Part shown: positions 14,496 to 27,279 of the stretch, piece by piece
How the letters are laid out: every line of letters starts with the position of its first letter
How positions within the stretch are numbered: position 1 is the first letter of the stretch
Assembly (NCBI GenBank): GCA_964106915.2
Contig: OZ066931.1
Source of the DNA: Podarcis gaigeae
Lineage: Eukaryota
DNA: 64,000 bases
Direction: 5' to 3' (one strand)
Notes under the pieces: model-generated
Seen by the model: only the letters and a program-made list of their open reading frames with translations
What the model was told of the DNA's origin: nothing
Databases searched by the model: none
Position numbers and translations under genes: made by a program

Positions 14496-16166
14496 TAATT
14501 GTGTATGTCTGCTTGTGAGCAAATTTCCCCTTCCTTTCTTAGCCTCCTAGAAGCATCCCAAATCTGCCGGGGTGTGTGTGAGAGAGAGTGGGAAGGAGAG
14601 AAAGGGAAAGTCTGCCTGCCCAATATTTAAATTTTACTCTTAATGTAGACGAGTAACAGTTTGAGCTCATGCCCACTTAACTCCAACTCTATAAAGTACT
14701 CATAAAATACCCACTATAGGTTTTCAACTGCCCTCCCAAAATAGTTTGAGGGTGTTGTACGTTATGTACCAGGCTCATATTGTTAGGCAGCCTTGTGAAT
14801 AAATAATACATATTCCAAGGTCATGCTTTTCTTTCTCTATTGATGTTTGAATCAAGATGAACAGTATCATGACAAGAACTTGATACCAAAGCAGTCAAGA
14901 AATATATGGATTAGTGTCGTTTTCAAATTGTTAAAGTAATACTCTTTTCAAACCCAACTGAACAAATTTCTACCTTCCCCATTACAATCCTCTAAACTAA
15001 AACCTGGCAAATTTCAATATACCGCAAGCACAGACACGCCCCCTAAGAGGAGCTGAAATGAAAAGAGAAGCTTCTGCTGGCAAACATTAATTCTGCTCTA
15101 AAACCTGGTGCTCATTTGCATGTAAGAATGACGAAAGGTAACACTTGCATGATAAAGATTCCTTCAAATGCACACTTATGTTGCAATATCTGAGATTCAT
15201 CAAAGTCTGGAGAATTGTAGCTTTTGATCCTCACATAGCTGTGCATAGCACAATTCACAACAGAAAAATAACAAAAGAAAACTCACAGCTATGCTTCAAA
15301 CATATTTAAAGTAACAGTATGAATCAAGGAGAAGGGAGTCATAATTTGCATGCACTTCAAAGCTGAAATTAAGAGCATTTGCATGCCCTGATTATCAGTA
15401 TAACTATTACTTGCACATGTTATTGCAGTTTCAATCTTGTTTATTATTTTCTACCAGCCTCATAACCAGTTCTCCTCTGGAATTCTGGGAAACCAAAAAA
15501 TCAGTGCAGTTTTGAAAGCCATTAAAGTAATCTGTGCAGTCTGGCATCATAATTCAATATGGTGTCCAACTGTATCCAAACAGATGAACGCCTGCTTCTT
15601 TATCCCAGAAGCCATCATGCAGAATTTGGTTACAGTATCTTTAAAGCTGTCCAAATGTTTAGCAAACATATGAACAACTTTTCAAAATATATAGTGGATT
15701 TATTATACTTATATGCTGCCCATAAGCAATTTCTTGAGGTAGCATACAATAAATAAAAAATTCATTTTAAAAACTTACATAAAAAAATAAACATATATTG
15801 GGCAACTGAGAATAAATCAAATACAGCAGAAATCTTCAAACAGCAAAGATTTTTAATGTCAGAATTCAAAATAAGAGACCCTGTGGAACCCTCAATGCTA
15901 TAAAAAGTCCTTAATCATCTCTAAAGAGCTGTTCTAAAAGTCAGAGAAAATAAAAAAGGCCCCACTAGCACACTGTATTACTGTGGAGTTTAGAAGAATA
16001 AATTCCGGTATCAAAATATCACCTAGCAGAAGCTCACCGCAACCTGCTGTGATGATAGGAGGGAAAGGACTGAGAAAACTGGGCTGCCACAACCATGAAA
16101 TGGAGATAGGAAATTTGCAATATTAACTTCCTGATTGGAGACTACTGCAGCCCTGTTTGTCTATTC

Positions 16167-16774
16167 CAGGGTTGTCCAACCCATCGACCGTGATCGATAT
16201 GTCGATCACCAGGTGAAAGCAGTTGATCTTGGTCGATGGGGGGGGGGAGAGAGCACCCACGCACGTGCCGCTGTGACCTGGCTAGAGTAGGTTGTTGCTC
16301 GGCTGCCAGCACCGGCACCCTGATATGCTGGCGTCCTGGAAGCCCCTGCCAGCAGGCTGCGTCAAGTTCACTCTGGCAGGAGGCTTCGCAGATCCCCGGC
16401 CGTGCTGGTCTACCCATGCGATTGGGCAGTGGTAGAGTGCTCATTGCACCTGTTCTCTGCTTTCCTGCAACAGCCCGACCGGAGGGGAGCACAGAGCAGG
16501 AGTGTCGCTGTAGACAAAGGCCCACCTAAACGCCATTTTGGATGCGAGGCAAGAGCAGCAGAGAGTTTATTGTTTCGTTAGCGATTTATGCCGTGCCCCC
16601 CCGAAAATGCAGCAGAACTAAGGGCCCCCTTAAAAAGCTCCACAACTTTGGCTTGTCACCCTAAAAAAGCTCCACAAATTTGGGTTCCAACCCCTACTCC
16701 CCCAAATGGGTAGATCACTACCAGTTTTTAATTCCTGGAGTAGATTGCAGTCTCTTGAGAGTTGGACGTCCCTG
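16167..16774. mobile_element. Non-autonomous hAT (Charlie-like) transposon
   Basis: TIR CAGGGTTGTCCAAC / GTTGGACGTCCCTG; perfect 8-bp TSD gtctattc. Confidence 0.9.
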
Positions 16775-16882
16775 GTCTATTCTTTCCTTCACTGGAAGTG
16801 AATGGAACAGACCAGTTCGAACTCTTTCACTAGTGAAGTAAAATGATAGGATGCAGGGAAGAATCATAAATTTTTATGAGTA

Positions 16883-17108
16883 CAGTGGTACTTCAGGTTA
16901 AGTACTTAATTCGTTCCGGAGGTCCGTACTTAACCTGAAACTGTTCTTAACCTGAAGCACCACTTTAGCTAATGGGGCCTCCTGCTGCCGCCGCGCCGCT
17001 GGAGCACGATTTCTGTTCTCATCCTGAAGCAAAGTTCTTAACCTGAAGCACTATTTCTGGGTTAGCGGAGTGTGTAACCTGAAGCGTATGTAACCTGAGG
17101 TACCACTG
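16883..17108. mobile_element. Tc1/mariner (Tigger-like) MITE
   Basis: TA|CAGTGGTACTTCAGGTTA...TAACCTGAGGTACCACTG|TA. Confidence 0.92.
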
Positions 17109-20100
17109 TATATGCATTTTACTAGGGACTGCATCCCTGCTCTCTCCATTGCCACCCTCTCAGCCATTCCCCCACATTACCCACCCAGACTTTTTCCTAT
17201 GCCACTAAGATCACTTTTCACTCTCCCAACCCCATTTTTGAAGCCAGTTCTCCTTCCCCTCTTTTTGTGCATCCCCCTCCCTTGCACATAAAGCACCCGG
17301 TGGTAACTTTCTGCAATTTCCTCCTCTCTCATGTTGCAACTGTTAAGCACCCTTTACCTCTCCATCCCATTATGAAGCCACCATGGCCTCCTATTCTGCA
17401 GACTTTTCAATGCCCCTGGTTTCACCTTCAACCCAATTTCCATGCCCCCACCGTCTCCTTTTAGCAACCCCTTTTGCACCTCCATTTTCACATTCACCCC
17501 TTTTTCCTAGTCTCTCCTTACTCTTCTCAACTCTGCACACAGATCACCCACACTTCCATAGCTTCTCTCTAGTCCGTATCCCCCTTTATACATATACCCA
17601 GTAATTATGTATGTATGTCACAGTACCTTTAAGGAGAACAGAGTCTTAAAAACAAGCCCATAATGTAGCTTGTTCAGTTAAAGGAGGTTAATTTCGGTTG
17701 ATGGATGTTGTACATCTACAGGTGTTTGCCTGCTGATGAAATACCTGTACTAAATTACTACACTGAACCTGGAACTTCATGTTGAAGACAGCACACATGG
17801 TACCAGGAGTGAAATACATTGTGTGACGGTACTTATGAACATTTGAGGCCTCTACATCCTTTATCTCTCTCACATGAGGAAACATTAATAGAATAAGTTT
17901 GAGTACAATGAGGAAGGAGACAAGCTGAAAGGGGGGAAATTGCTATTTTAAACAATGACAGAAGTTAAAGTGGGAGGGACACTGAGAGGAAAATGGTGTC
18001 TTTAAACAACTGCAAACAAACAAGCCAGTTTTAACAAGGAAAAATAGTAGAGATGGGTACAACACAAAAGACAACACCAAAAACCCAGCACAACATAACC
18101 TTTCCAAATTCCTTTCTTGCTGCACTCAAACGGTCATTTCTCCCTCTGTGTCACTTTGCCCTACTGAAACATCTGCCATTGTTTAAAACAGGCACTTTCC
18201 CCTCTCAGTATCCCTCAATCCCTGTGCACATACAGACTCTCACAACAGAGCATCATGATAATTGTCTACTTTAGAAGTGCCTGTTTGTCCCCCAAAACTT
18301 GGGGATTAAATGCATACACTGCATGTGAATGGAAGTCACATTCAACTGTCATAACTGATAGTGACAGACCACTGAAACATTTTGCAACATAATAGTAAGC
18401 TTGTTTACCCATTAGTAAATCCTACTGCGTTCAACAGGGCTTATTCTCAGGTTAATTGTGTACAGTACGGTACCCTAACCTACTTAAAGTCATCTAAGCT
18501 GCTGGCCATCTCAACATGCTGTGGCAGTGAATTCCAATTAATTACAACAGGAATGAAGGAGCACTTCTTTTTGCCCATCCTTAACCTACCATTAACTAAC
18601 TTCACTGGGTTACTCCAAATTCTATTATTTGTGCCAGGAAGAGAAACTCTCTCCTTGCTGTAATTTTAATAATCTCTCATGAGGCCCCAGAGCTATCTTT
18701 AATTAAACTAAAAAGTCACAAAGGTTATCTAATCATCTTCATTTTTATTGCCCCTTTCTGCCACTTTTCCAGATCTACAATATCCTTTGTTTTTAATGGA
18801 GCGGAGAGAACAATAAAGCGTTGCAGTTATGTTCCAAGTAAATAATACCATCACAAATTACTGGCATTCGGACTTTGGTCATAAACGTGTTAAAGGTTTT
18901 GAAATATGACAACATCACACAGAGAGAAAGACTGAAGCCGACCTACTTGAAGTCATCACAGGTGACAAAGGGACACCGTAAAACATTGCATCATAGGTAT
19001 TAGGCACCAGATGAACTAGAAGCCAAGCAATTCACTAGCATCTGAAGCTTGCTTTCCTTTACTGCCATTTTTAAAATTGATAAAAGATGCTTTGACCAAC
19101 TTAAAGCAACAGATTGGAGTTTGATTTTAGTATCCTTTTTTTGTAATAAATTTTTATTAATTTTCCAATACAATCATACAATTTTATCCAAATTTTAACA
19201 AATTTTAACAAAATACTCTTTTTGGTCTTCCTTCAGCTTCTCTGGTAATCATCCATATTTACCCTTCAATACGCATTCCTTTAATTGCATTGCTTTTTGT
19301 ATCCTATCAATGTCTAGACTAGAGGGGGAAAACACATTTCCCTGCAGCCTTTGAAATTTCAACTCTAGATCATTTCGCTAAAGCATGAACACCATATGGC
19401 AGAGACAGAAAACCTGTGACCCTCCAAATTGTTCAGTTAAAACTTCCATCATCCATGATCACTGGACAACCTTAAATCTGATCAGAGCTGCAGTTAGTTC
19501 CAGTTCCAGTTCCCTGCCATATGGTGAAGCTGGTAGGTAACTATTGTCAGCAGAACTGTCATTGCCAAGCTGTGCTTGAAAGGTACAGACTTACTGTGTA
19601 AAATTGAAAGAAAGTACGGTATGTTTTTCCAGATCTAATGAATGGTACTTGGCTCTTCCTGAATAGAAACCTGTGTAAAAACCGAGCATTCAGACTTAAG
19701 GTGTATGACCAAAATTGGTCTTTGTGGATTTTCACACTGTATATGTGTAGAAATCATGAAAGAGCAATGATCATTTGGGGTCAGAATGTAGGTATAGGCT
19801 GCATTTAATGTTATCCACTGTTTCTTTTAAAAGTTTAGTGGACATATTATTGGAAATATTAATTTATATGTACCTGAATCATTGCTATAGTACAACAGAA
19901 GATAGAACTGAAAAATAGATCAGATGTGCCAACATTTTAAACTGAAATGAGTATTTGAAAAAATAGGGACTTTAGCTTCAGCAACTAATTAACCTACAAA
20001 AGAACCAGACAATCAAAACTGTGGGGCACTGCTCCTATAAATAAGCATCATTCAAACCCAACTTTCTCATATTTTCAGAGTTATTTATGTAAGTAATGAG

Positions 20101-20871
20101 CGCCTGGAAATCAATCAATTTGAAAGCTGAAGGCAAGAAGAACGATTGGGAGGCATCCCTGAATTTAGAGGACCCTGCCCTGATCATTCAAAAGACCGCA
20201 CAACACAATGATACTATGTATTTGCCATAAGTCTTGCTGGCATTCCCTTTACTAAGGCAAGTTAACATGAAACAACTGTGAAGTAGGCCAATCATTTCCA
20301 AATTTGCTGTCAAAGAACAGAGGTTCTAACCGAAGTCACACATTAAAAACCTGACTGTGCAGGGATTTTGAAGTCAGGCTTTAAAGCTTAGGGTCAAACC
20401 CATTAAAACAACAGCCTTCTGATCTCATTGAGCTCAGTCAAACCAGTGTTCAAAATTTGCCAGGCACCTTTTGCTCCTAGCTACTGACCACTTGCGACTA
20501 AGTGAGGATGACACCTGACATCACCACCTGGAGGTGCATGCTTGGGGATTCTTGGATCTGGACTGTTTCCACACACTAATACCCCATCCTGTAGAAGTCT
20601 ATCAGTTATATTTCATGTGCACCCTCCCTGTGGAACGCCCTCCCATTCCATGTCAAGGAGATAAAGAACTACACAACTTTTAAAAGACACCTGAAGGCAG
20701 CCCTGGATCGGGAAGTTTTCAATGTTAGACGTTTTACAATGGGGGGTGGGGTGGACTGGGCACAACGGGGGAACACTGGATATCACAAGGGGGGGGGGGC
20801 CTGCAGGGCATCTGCGTGTCACCAGGAGAGGAGGCGAGGGCGGCATTGGAGCTGCATGGGAATTGGTAGGT

Positions 20872-21007
20872 CAGGCTTCCTCAAACTCAGCCCTCCAGAT
20901 ATTTTGAGATTACAATTCCCATCATCCCTGACCACAGCTCCTGCTAACTAGGGATCATGGGAGTTGTAGGCCAAAAACATCTGGAGGGCTGAGTTTGAGG
21001 AAGCCTG
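20872..21007. mobile_element. Palindromic hAT MITE (136 bp)
   Basis: Nearly full-length hairpin; perfect TSD tggtaggt. Confidence 0.9.
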
Positions 21008-21244
21008 TGGTAGGTGGTCCTGGGCATCTCGTAAAAAGAGCTTGACCACTTTGAAGCATCTCCAATAATGATGATAATAATTAATATTATTTATACCCCA
21101 CCTATCTTGCTGGGTTTCCCCCAGACACTCTGGGCGGCTCCCAACAGAATATTAAAAACACGATCAAACGTTAAAAACTTCCCTAAACAAGGCTGCCTTC
21201 AGATGTCTTCTAAAAGTCAGACAGTTGTTTGTCTTATTTAAACC

Positions 21245-22310
21245 TCCGACCCCAGGCGCCGGCGGGGGTTGCTACGCCGCTGTGTTTTATTATGTTTTTA
21301 TATTCTGCTGGAAGCCCCCCAGATAATAATAAATAATAATAATTGAGGCGGGCGACGGCCCAGCGAGGGTCTCCTCCTACTCACCCTGTTGTACCAGATG
21401 CCGAGCTGGGAGCGGGACAAGACGGCGAACAGAGTCCGCTGCGGGTCGGCCTGGATGCGGAGCGGGGGCTCCCTGGCCTCGGCGGGGCACAGCAGCCTCT
21501 TCGGCCACCCGCTCAGGAAATACATGGCTGGCGAGCAGGCAGGCAGGCAGGCAGGCAGGCCGCCTGTCCCGGCGAGGCACTAGCAGGCCGGAGCCAGGAG
21601 CTTTCCCCTCATGGGCCTCCTCGGGCGAGGGAGACTCTGCCCCGCGCGGCCTGCCGAGGATCCGCGGAGGAGGATCCGCGCATAATCCCCGCCTGAGGGG
21701 CGCTGGGAAGAGACTGAGGGGGCGGCTGGAAGAAGGGGCTCCCTCCTCTCCGCTGGGCCGGGTCGCGGGGAAAGGGCCGTTACAGCTCAGGACGGAGCCC
21801 TCGCGGCGTCGCCTCAGCCTCCCCCCGGGAGCCCTCGCTCGCTCTCCCCGCCAAGGCTCCCTCCGCCGGCGCCGCCATCTCTTCTCCTCAGCCGCGTCAA
21901 GGCGTCTGGTCGCCGGAATATGCCGGCGGGTGGGAGGGAGAAGAGGCGCACGCGCACAAGCGTCGGCAGCCCTCCGTCGGAGCGACTCGGCAACACCGCT
22001 GGAGATAGGAGAGTGCGGGCGGGCGCGGAGGGGGGAGGGGAAAGCGGAGACACACTAAAGGCGCCGCTATTGGTACAGGCGCCGGGGAAGGGGAGGAGCC
22101 GGAAGTGGCGTCGTCGGAGCAGTCGCGAGGCGGCCATAGAGAGAGAGCGCGCGCCGCTGGAAGGAGGGGGCTGGAACGCGCGCGCCCCCTGGCTTCCTGT
22201 TCTGAGCGGTGGAGGAAACGCGACGTGTCTCTGCCCGGAGCGGCTGAGCGGGCAGGCGGAGAATCGCTGGTGGTGGGTTCATAAAGGAAGGTCGACAGCT
22301 GGATTCGGTT
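21245..22310. promoter_or_regulatory. CpG-island promoter / 5' leader of RIC1
   Basis: Sharply GC- and CpG-rich compared with the flanks. YY1-type GCCGCCAT (21871-21878), NRF1-type GCGCACGCGCA (21946-21956), CCAAT box (ATTGG 22069-22073), ETS/GABP CCGGAAGTG (22099-22107), TCGCGA core (22123-22128), GC boxes. Confidence 0.88.
21385..21525 (-). CDS. RIC1: RIC1 (RAB6A GEF complex partner 1) coding exon 1
   Basis: ATG in good Kozak context (ccagccATG). Translates [47 protein letters not shown], the recognisable RIC1 N-terminus. Donor AGG|GTGAGT; 141 nt, phase 0. Confidence 0.96.
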
Positions 22311-23858
22311 CATGTAATTCCTTTTCTTTTTTTCGCATAAATTTTTATCATGGCCTCCAACATTTTTTCCATGAAAATAGGGACGTCCTATTTAATAATA
22401 ATAATAGTAATAATTTATTTATATGCCATCCATTAAACATTAAATAACTTCCCTATACAGAGCTGCCTTCAGATGTCTTCTAAACGTTATATAGTTACTT
22501 CTTTCCTTGCCTCGGGAGTTGCATAACTCCATACCCTTCAACATTTCTTTGATGAAAATAGGAAAAGCAAGACAATCCGGGTTCAGTATCATATCAGAGA
22601 CTGGGGCGGCTTCTGTAAATCCAGGACTGTCCCTGGAAAATGGGAACACTTGAAGGGTCTGTTTTATTAGGAATACAAAAATTAATATATTTCCCTTATT
22701 TTTTGCCCAAATTAAGATGTTGATCTAAACACGATAGAAACACAAAGAGAAAGGAATAAATAAAGAGAGAAGTAAAGAAAAAGAAATAGGGAAGAGGTTA
22801 AAAGAAAGAGAGAAATGAAATTCAGAAAATAAGGGACTGATTCTTCGTCCGTCTGCGGTATATTGTCCACTATATATTCATTTCATCCACTCCAGTATAA
22901 CACCCAGCAAAACCACTTTCTGTAAACAAATAGGTTCTTCCTTTATTGAGCTCTGATTGATCTCCGTTGTTGCACCGTTCTCAGATGGTTAGATACGCAC
23001 GGGCTGTGCAGGTTCATGTGAAAAAGCTGAATACATGCAATTTTGAAACTCCTCACTAAGTCTTCATACCGCAGAAGTTTCTGTAGCATTGAATTGCGCA
23101 CCTGCAGTTTCCTTTTTTCCAATCAGTTTAATGAACGGTTTTCAGATTTAAAAAGGAAATTGTGTGTGTGTTTGTGTGTTATCCCCTACTATCACCATTC
23201 TGTCTTAATCTTCAATTCACATACAGAGAGAGATGTGAGTCCTTGCCGCTCCCACATGGGATAGCGATAGCTTCCACCTTTTTCAGCCTCTCGCCTTGAG
23301 AAATACCACTCTAAGCTGTCTCCCACAGAGTTCCCTTTCCCTTCTGTCTATCTTCTCTCTGTATGTATCTTCTTTTATCCCAAATATAAATCTTCACAAT
23401 TCAAAACATACATGTAAGTGATAATAATAGTGAACTAGAGACCAGTGGATTCCCAACATGTACACTCAGGACTCTGTAAACACTTCTCCCTCCCAAACAA
23501 ACCATTGACGGTCATTTTCTTGAGGGAAATCAGTTTCATTCTTGATTGAGAACTAGAAATGAAATTGAAACACTAATATGTGCTTAAGAGCAGCTGTAGC
23601 CCTGTTTGTTTGCTTTTAGCTTGAGGAACATTTTTTAAAACTCCCTTGCAGTCTGAAGTCCATCTCACACTTGACCTCTCATCTCCTTTAATAGAAATAT
23701 GATTGCTCATTTATTAGTTAATTGGTTCTATAAAGAAAATTCTTAACAACTAGTCAAATACAGGTACCTGCAGAAGCATAATAGGTTTGACAATATCTGC
23801 ATCTAAAGATATTTTTTCATGTTAGAAATTAAACTTTTATGGGTTCATGTGTTTTGTA

Positions 23859-24197
23859 GTAAAGGGTAAAGAGACCCCTGACCATTAGGTCCAGTCGCGG
23901 ATGACTCTGGGGTTGTGGCGCTCATCTCGCTTTATTGGCCAAGGGAGCCAGCGTACAGCTTCCGGGTCATGACTAAGCTGCTTCTGGTGAACCAGAGCAG
24001 CGCACGGAAATGCTATTTACCTTCCTGCTGGAGCGATACCTATTTATCTACTTGCACTTTGAGCTTTCAAACTGCTAGGTTGGCAGGAGCAGGGACCGAG
24101 CAACGGGAGCTCACCCCGTCGCAGGGATTCAAACCGCTGACCTGATCGGCAGGCCCAAGAGGCTCAGTGGTTTAACCCACAGCGCCACCCGCGTCCC
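23859..24197 (-). mobile_element. Sauria SINE
   Basis: tRNA-like head GGGACGCGGGTGGCGCTGTGGGTTAA on minus; TSD tgtgttttgta. Confidence 0.9.
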
Positions 24198-24423
24198 TGT
24201 GTTTTGTATTATGCTTATGTAAACCTTGTGTTTGATAAACACAATTAATGTGTTCACATCAGTTCAAACAGAAATGAAAAGAAAAAGCAATCCATACGTT
24301 TCTTTAAAATAACCAACAAAGATGAGTAGCACAAGAGCAAAGTCTGTATATACGAACCAGGTTCAACTGGTGCATTTACATCAAAACAGCCCAAGGCATA
24401 AATATTTACTAAAGAATCAGCAT

Positions 24424-24893
24424 TGTTGTTGTTGTTGTTTAGTCGTGTCCAACTCTTCGTGACCCCATTGGACCAGAGCACGCCAGGCACCTCTGTCTTC
24501 CACTGCCTCCCGCAGTTTGGTCAAACTCATGTTTGTATCTTCGAGAACACTGTCCAACCATCTCGTCCTCTGTCGTCCCCTTCTCCTTGTGCCCTCCATC
24601 TTTCCCAACGTCAGGGTCTTTTCCAGGGAGTCTTCTCTTCTCATGAGGTGGCCAAAGTACTGGAGCCTCAGCTTCACAATCTGTCCTTCCGGTGAGCACT
24701 CAGGGCTGATTTCCTTCAGAATGGATAGGTTGGATCTTCTTGCAGTCCATGGGACTCTCAAGAGTCTTTTCCAGCACAATAATTCAAAAGCATAAATTCT
24801 TCGGCGATCAGCCTTTTTTATGGTCCAGCTCTCACTTTCATACATCACTACTGGGAAAACCATAGCTTGAACTATATAGACCTTTGTTGGCAA
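24424..24893 (-). mobile_element. Bov-B (RTE-clade LINE) 3' fragment
   Basis: ORF 24417-24947 contains MVFPVVMYESESWTIKKADRRRI...LRLQYFGHLMRREDSLEKTL; (CAA)n tail; TSD about aaagaa(t/a)cagcatt. Confidence 0.92.
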
Positions 24894-26150
24894 AAGAAAC
24901 AGCATTATCAAGTTCCTAAAGGTAGTTTCCAATGCTTGCCAGTACAAATTTCACATTTATTGAAGTTATAAAATGTGGCCACTAATCTGCCTCTTGCAAA
25001 AAGCTTACGAAGAAGGAAATCTTCCCATTGCTACATTTGGTAAAACTGAAAGAGCTTGGATTGCCAAACCAGTCACTAAAGCGAGTGCTGGCCAATTAGA
25101 CATGAACAGGTTGCAAAACACTAAGCCTCCATTGTATTAGCATTCGGAAAGCCTTGTCGTTGTCAAAGCCAAGTTCAGAAAAACACAGTTTATGGAAACA
25201 AACATGGCTTCCACATCATACTTTCTATTTTAAACAGGAGATATCACACACTGAAGACTGGAAGCCAATGGTTGTCATTTGTGAACCCTGATGTTGGTTG
25301 CGGTTTCTGAAGAAGACTGGCAAATGCTCGCTATGAGCAGAAAACGTGACTGCCTGTTTAGAAACATGGAAAACAGAAATACTTGGGAGTTGAGAAGATG
25401 AGATTTTGTGACATTCCACAAATTTGCACGCATGGCTGAAAAATGCACAAAAGCAAATGAGCACCCAGCCATTGCAGTTAGTGGGACTGTATCCATTTGG
25501 CAAATTCATTCAACAAAATCATTTGCATCCTCAGAAACAGAAAACTTGTCATAGCAGACTTTTTCTCTTCTGCATCTGCCCTGATGTTTTGCCACTTGCT
25601 TCTTTCACAGGCAAATGCATCTTTATTACTAAGAGTAAAAACCAGAACATCACTGCAAAACTTTTCTGTTACGCAGTCTATATTTTCCTCCAGGTACTGT
25701 GGCATGCAGAATATTAGATTGATGGATAAATCTATCTAGAGTCATTGTCAGACAGTATGTCCTAGAGAGCCGTACAGGTATATAAAATTAGGACATATCA
25801 TTACATATTCTGATGCAAATTTTTTATATTTCTGGTGCAGAACTCCTTTGCTCAGAGAAACTGCTGCTGTGAAAACAGCAAATTGAGTTCCACCTGAACA
25901 TGCACCCCAGACCTTACTTTGGATACAAACACTTGTAGTGAATCTTAATGTTCTATTTTATTTTATTTGCTCAGTCATTTTTAGTCTGTCTGGATCTATA
26001 AAATGAGACTGCATTTGTCAATCAAAAATTGCAAGTATTCCCCACCCCACAGAACACCCTTAATTCAAAGTTTCTGCAATAGTTTGCAACAAGGGGAAAT
26101 TATGTGGACTGAATAAGGCATCAGTTGCTATAAATAAATTTATAGGTATA

Positions 26151-26633
26151 CAGTGGTACCTCGGTTTAAGAACAGTCCTGTTTACGAACTACAGTGGTAC
26201 CTCGGGTTAAGTACTTAATTCATTCCGGAGGTCCATTCTTAACCTGAAACTGTTCTTAACCTGAAGACCACTTTAGCTAATGGGGCTTCCTGCTGCTGCT
26301 GCACCGCTATTGCACGATTTCTGTTCTCATCCTGAAGCAAAGTTCTTAACACGAGGTACTATTTCTGGGTTAGCGGAGTTTGTAACCTAAAGCGTCTGTA
26401 ACCTGAAGCGTCTGTAACCCAAGTACCACTGTATTTGGTTTACGAACTCCGCAAAACCGGAAGTGGTGTTCTGGTTTGCGAACTTTACCTCGGTCTACAA
26501 ACGGAAGCCAAATGGTGGAAGGGCACCAGAGGCAAGAGGCCTCATTAGGAAAAGCGCATCTCGGTTTAAGAATGGATTTGGTTTAAGAACGGACTTCAGG
26601 AACGGATTAAGTTCGTAAACTGAGGTACCACTG
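26151..26633. mobile_element. Tigger-like MITE containing a second Tigger-like MITE (26192-26431)
   Basis: Outer TA|CAGTGGTACCTCGGTTTA...TAAACTGAGGTACCACTG|TA; the inner copy has its own TA TSD and matches 16883-17108. Confidence 0.92.
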
Positions 26634-27279
26634 TATTTTAAAACATGAGTGTATGGTGCTTCGATGTAAATTAAAAAACAAACACAAGGGGGAGCTACAG
26701 AGCTTGATGTACTTTTGAGAATAAAATGTTGCTCAAAGCAGACATTGCAGCTGACTCAAAAAGCAGTTGGATATTTGCTTTTACATCCCAGGGCTCCCTG
26801 CAGAAGGAGTTCAAGCCCATGCCAGAACATTAGGTTTGCACATTGAAAGTATATTAAAGTGCTTTGTCACCCTAGCACAACAAACCCACTTAAAAAAATT
26901 AAAAAGTGGGTGTTTGCAGTTTGAAAAGTGATGGGGGGTGCATTGGAAAAAAGGCTCTTGCTGTTTCTAAAAATGTAATTTCCATACCAGATTCTGGCTT
27001 TCAGGGAAATGTTCACATGTGAAACGGGGGAAATGAGAGGCTCCCTAAAGCCACATTTTTAAAGTTTAGCCTTGTTTTGACACCCAGGCGCCATCCTTTA
27101 TTTAAAGCATTTTAAAGAGTGAACCCTACTCATTCTTAGCCAAAAATACTCCCAGAGAAATTTACAGAAGTCAGTCGTAAGGACAATCCTTGCCCTCGGG
27201 ATTATAGACATGACACATGAGGGTAAAGGGATGGTAGGGAAGAGGGGGGAGGGATATTTATTGTTGTTGTTGTTGTTGT

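Noticed and set aside
21343-22447. Long ORFs (107-175 aa) across the CpG island
   Set aside because: Expected from stop-codon scarcity in GC-rich DNA; low-complexity products with no recognisable homology.
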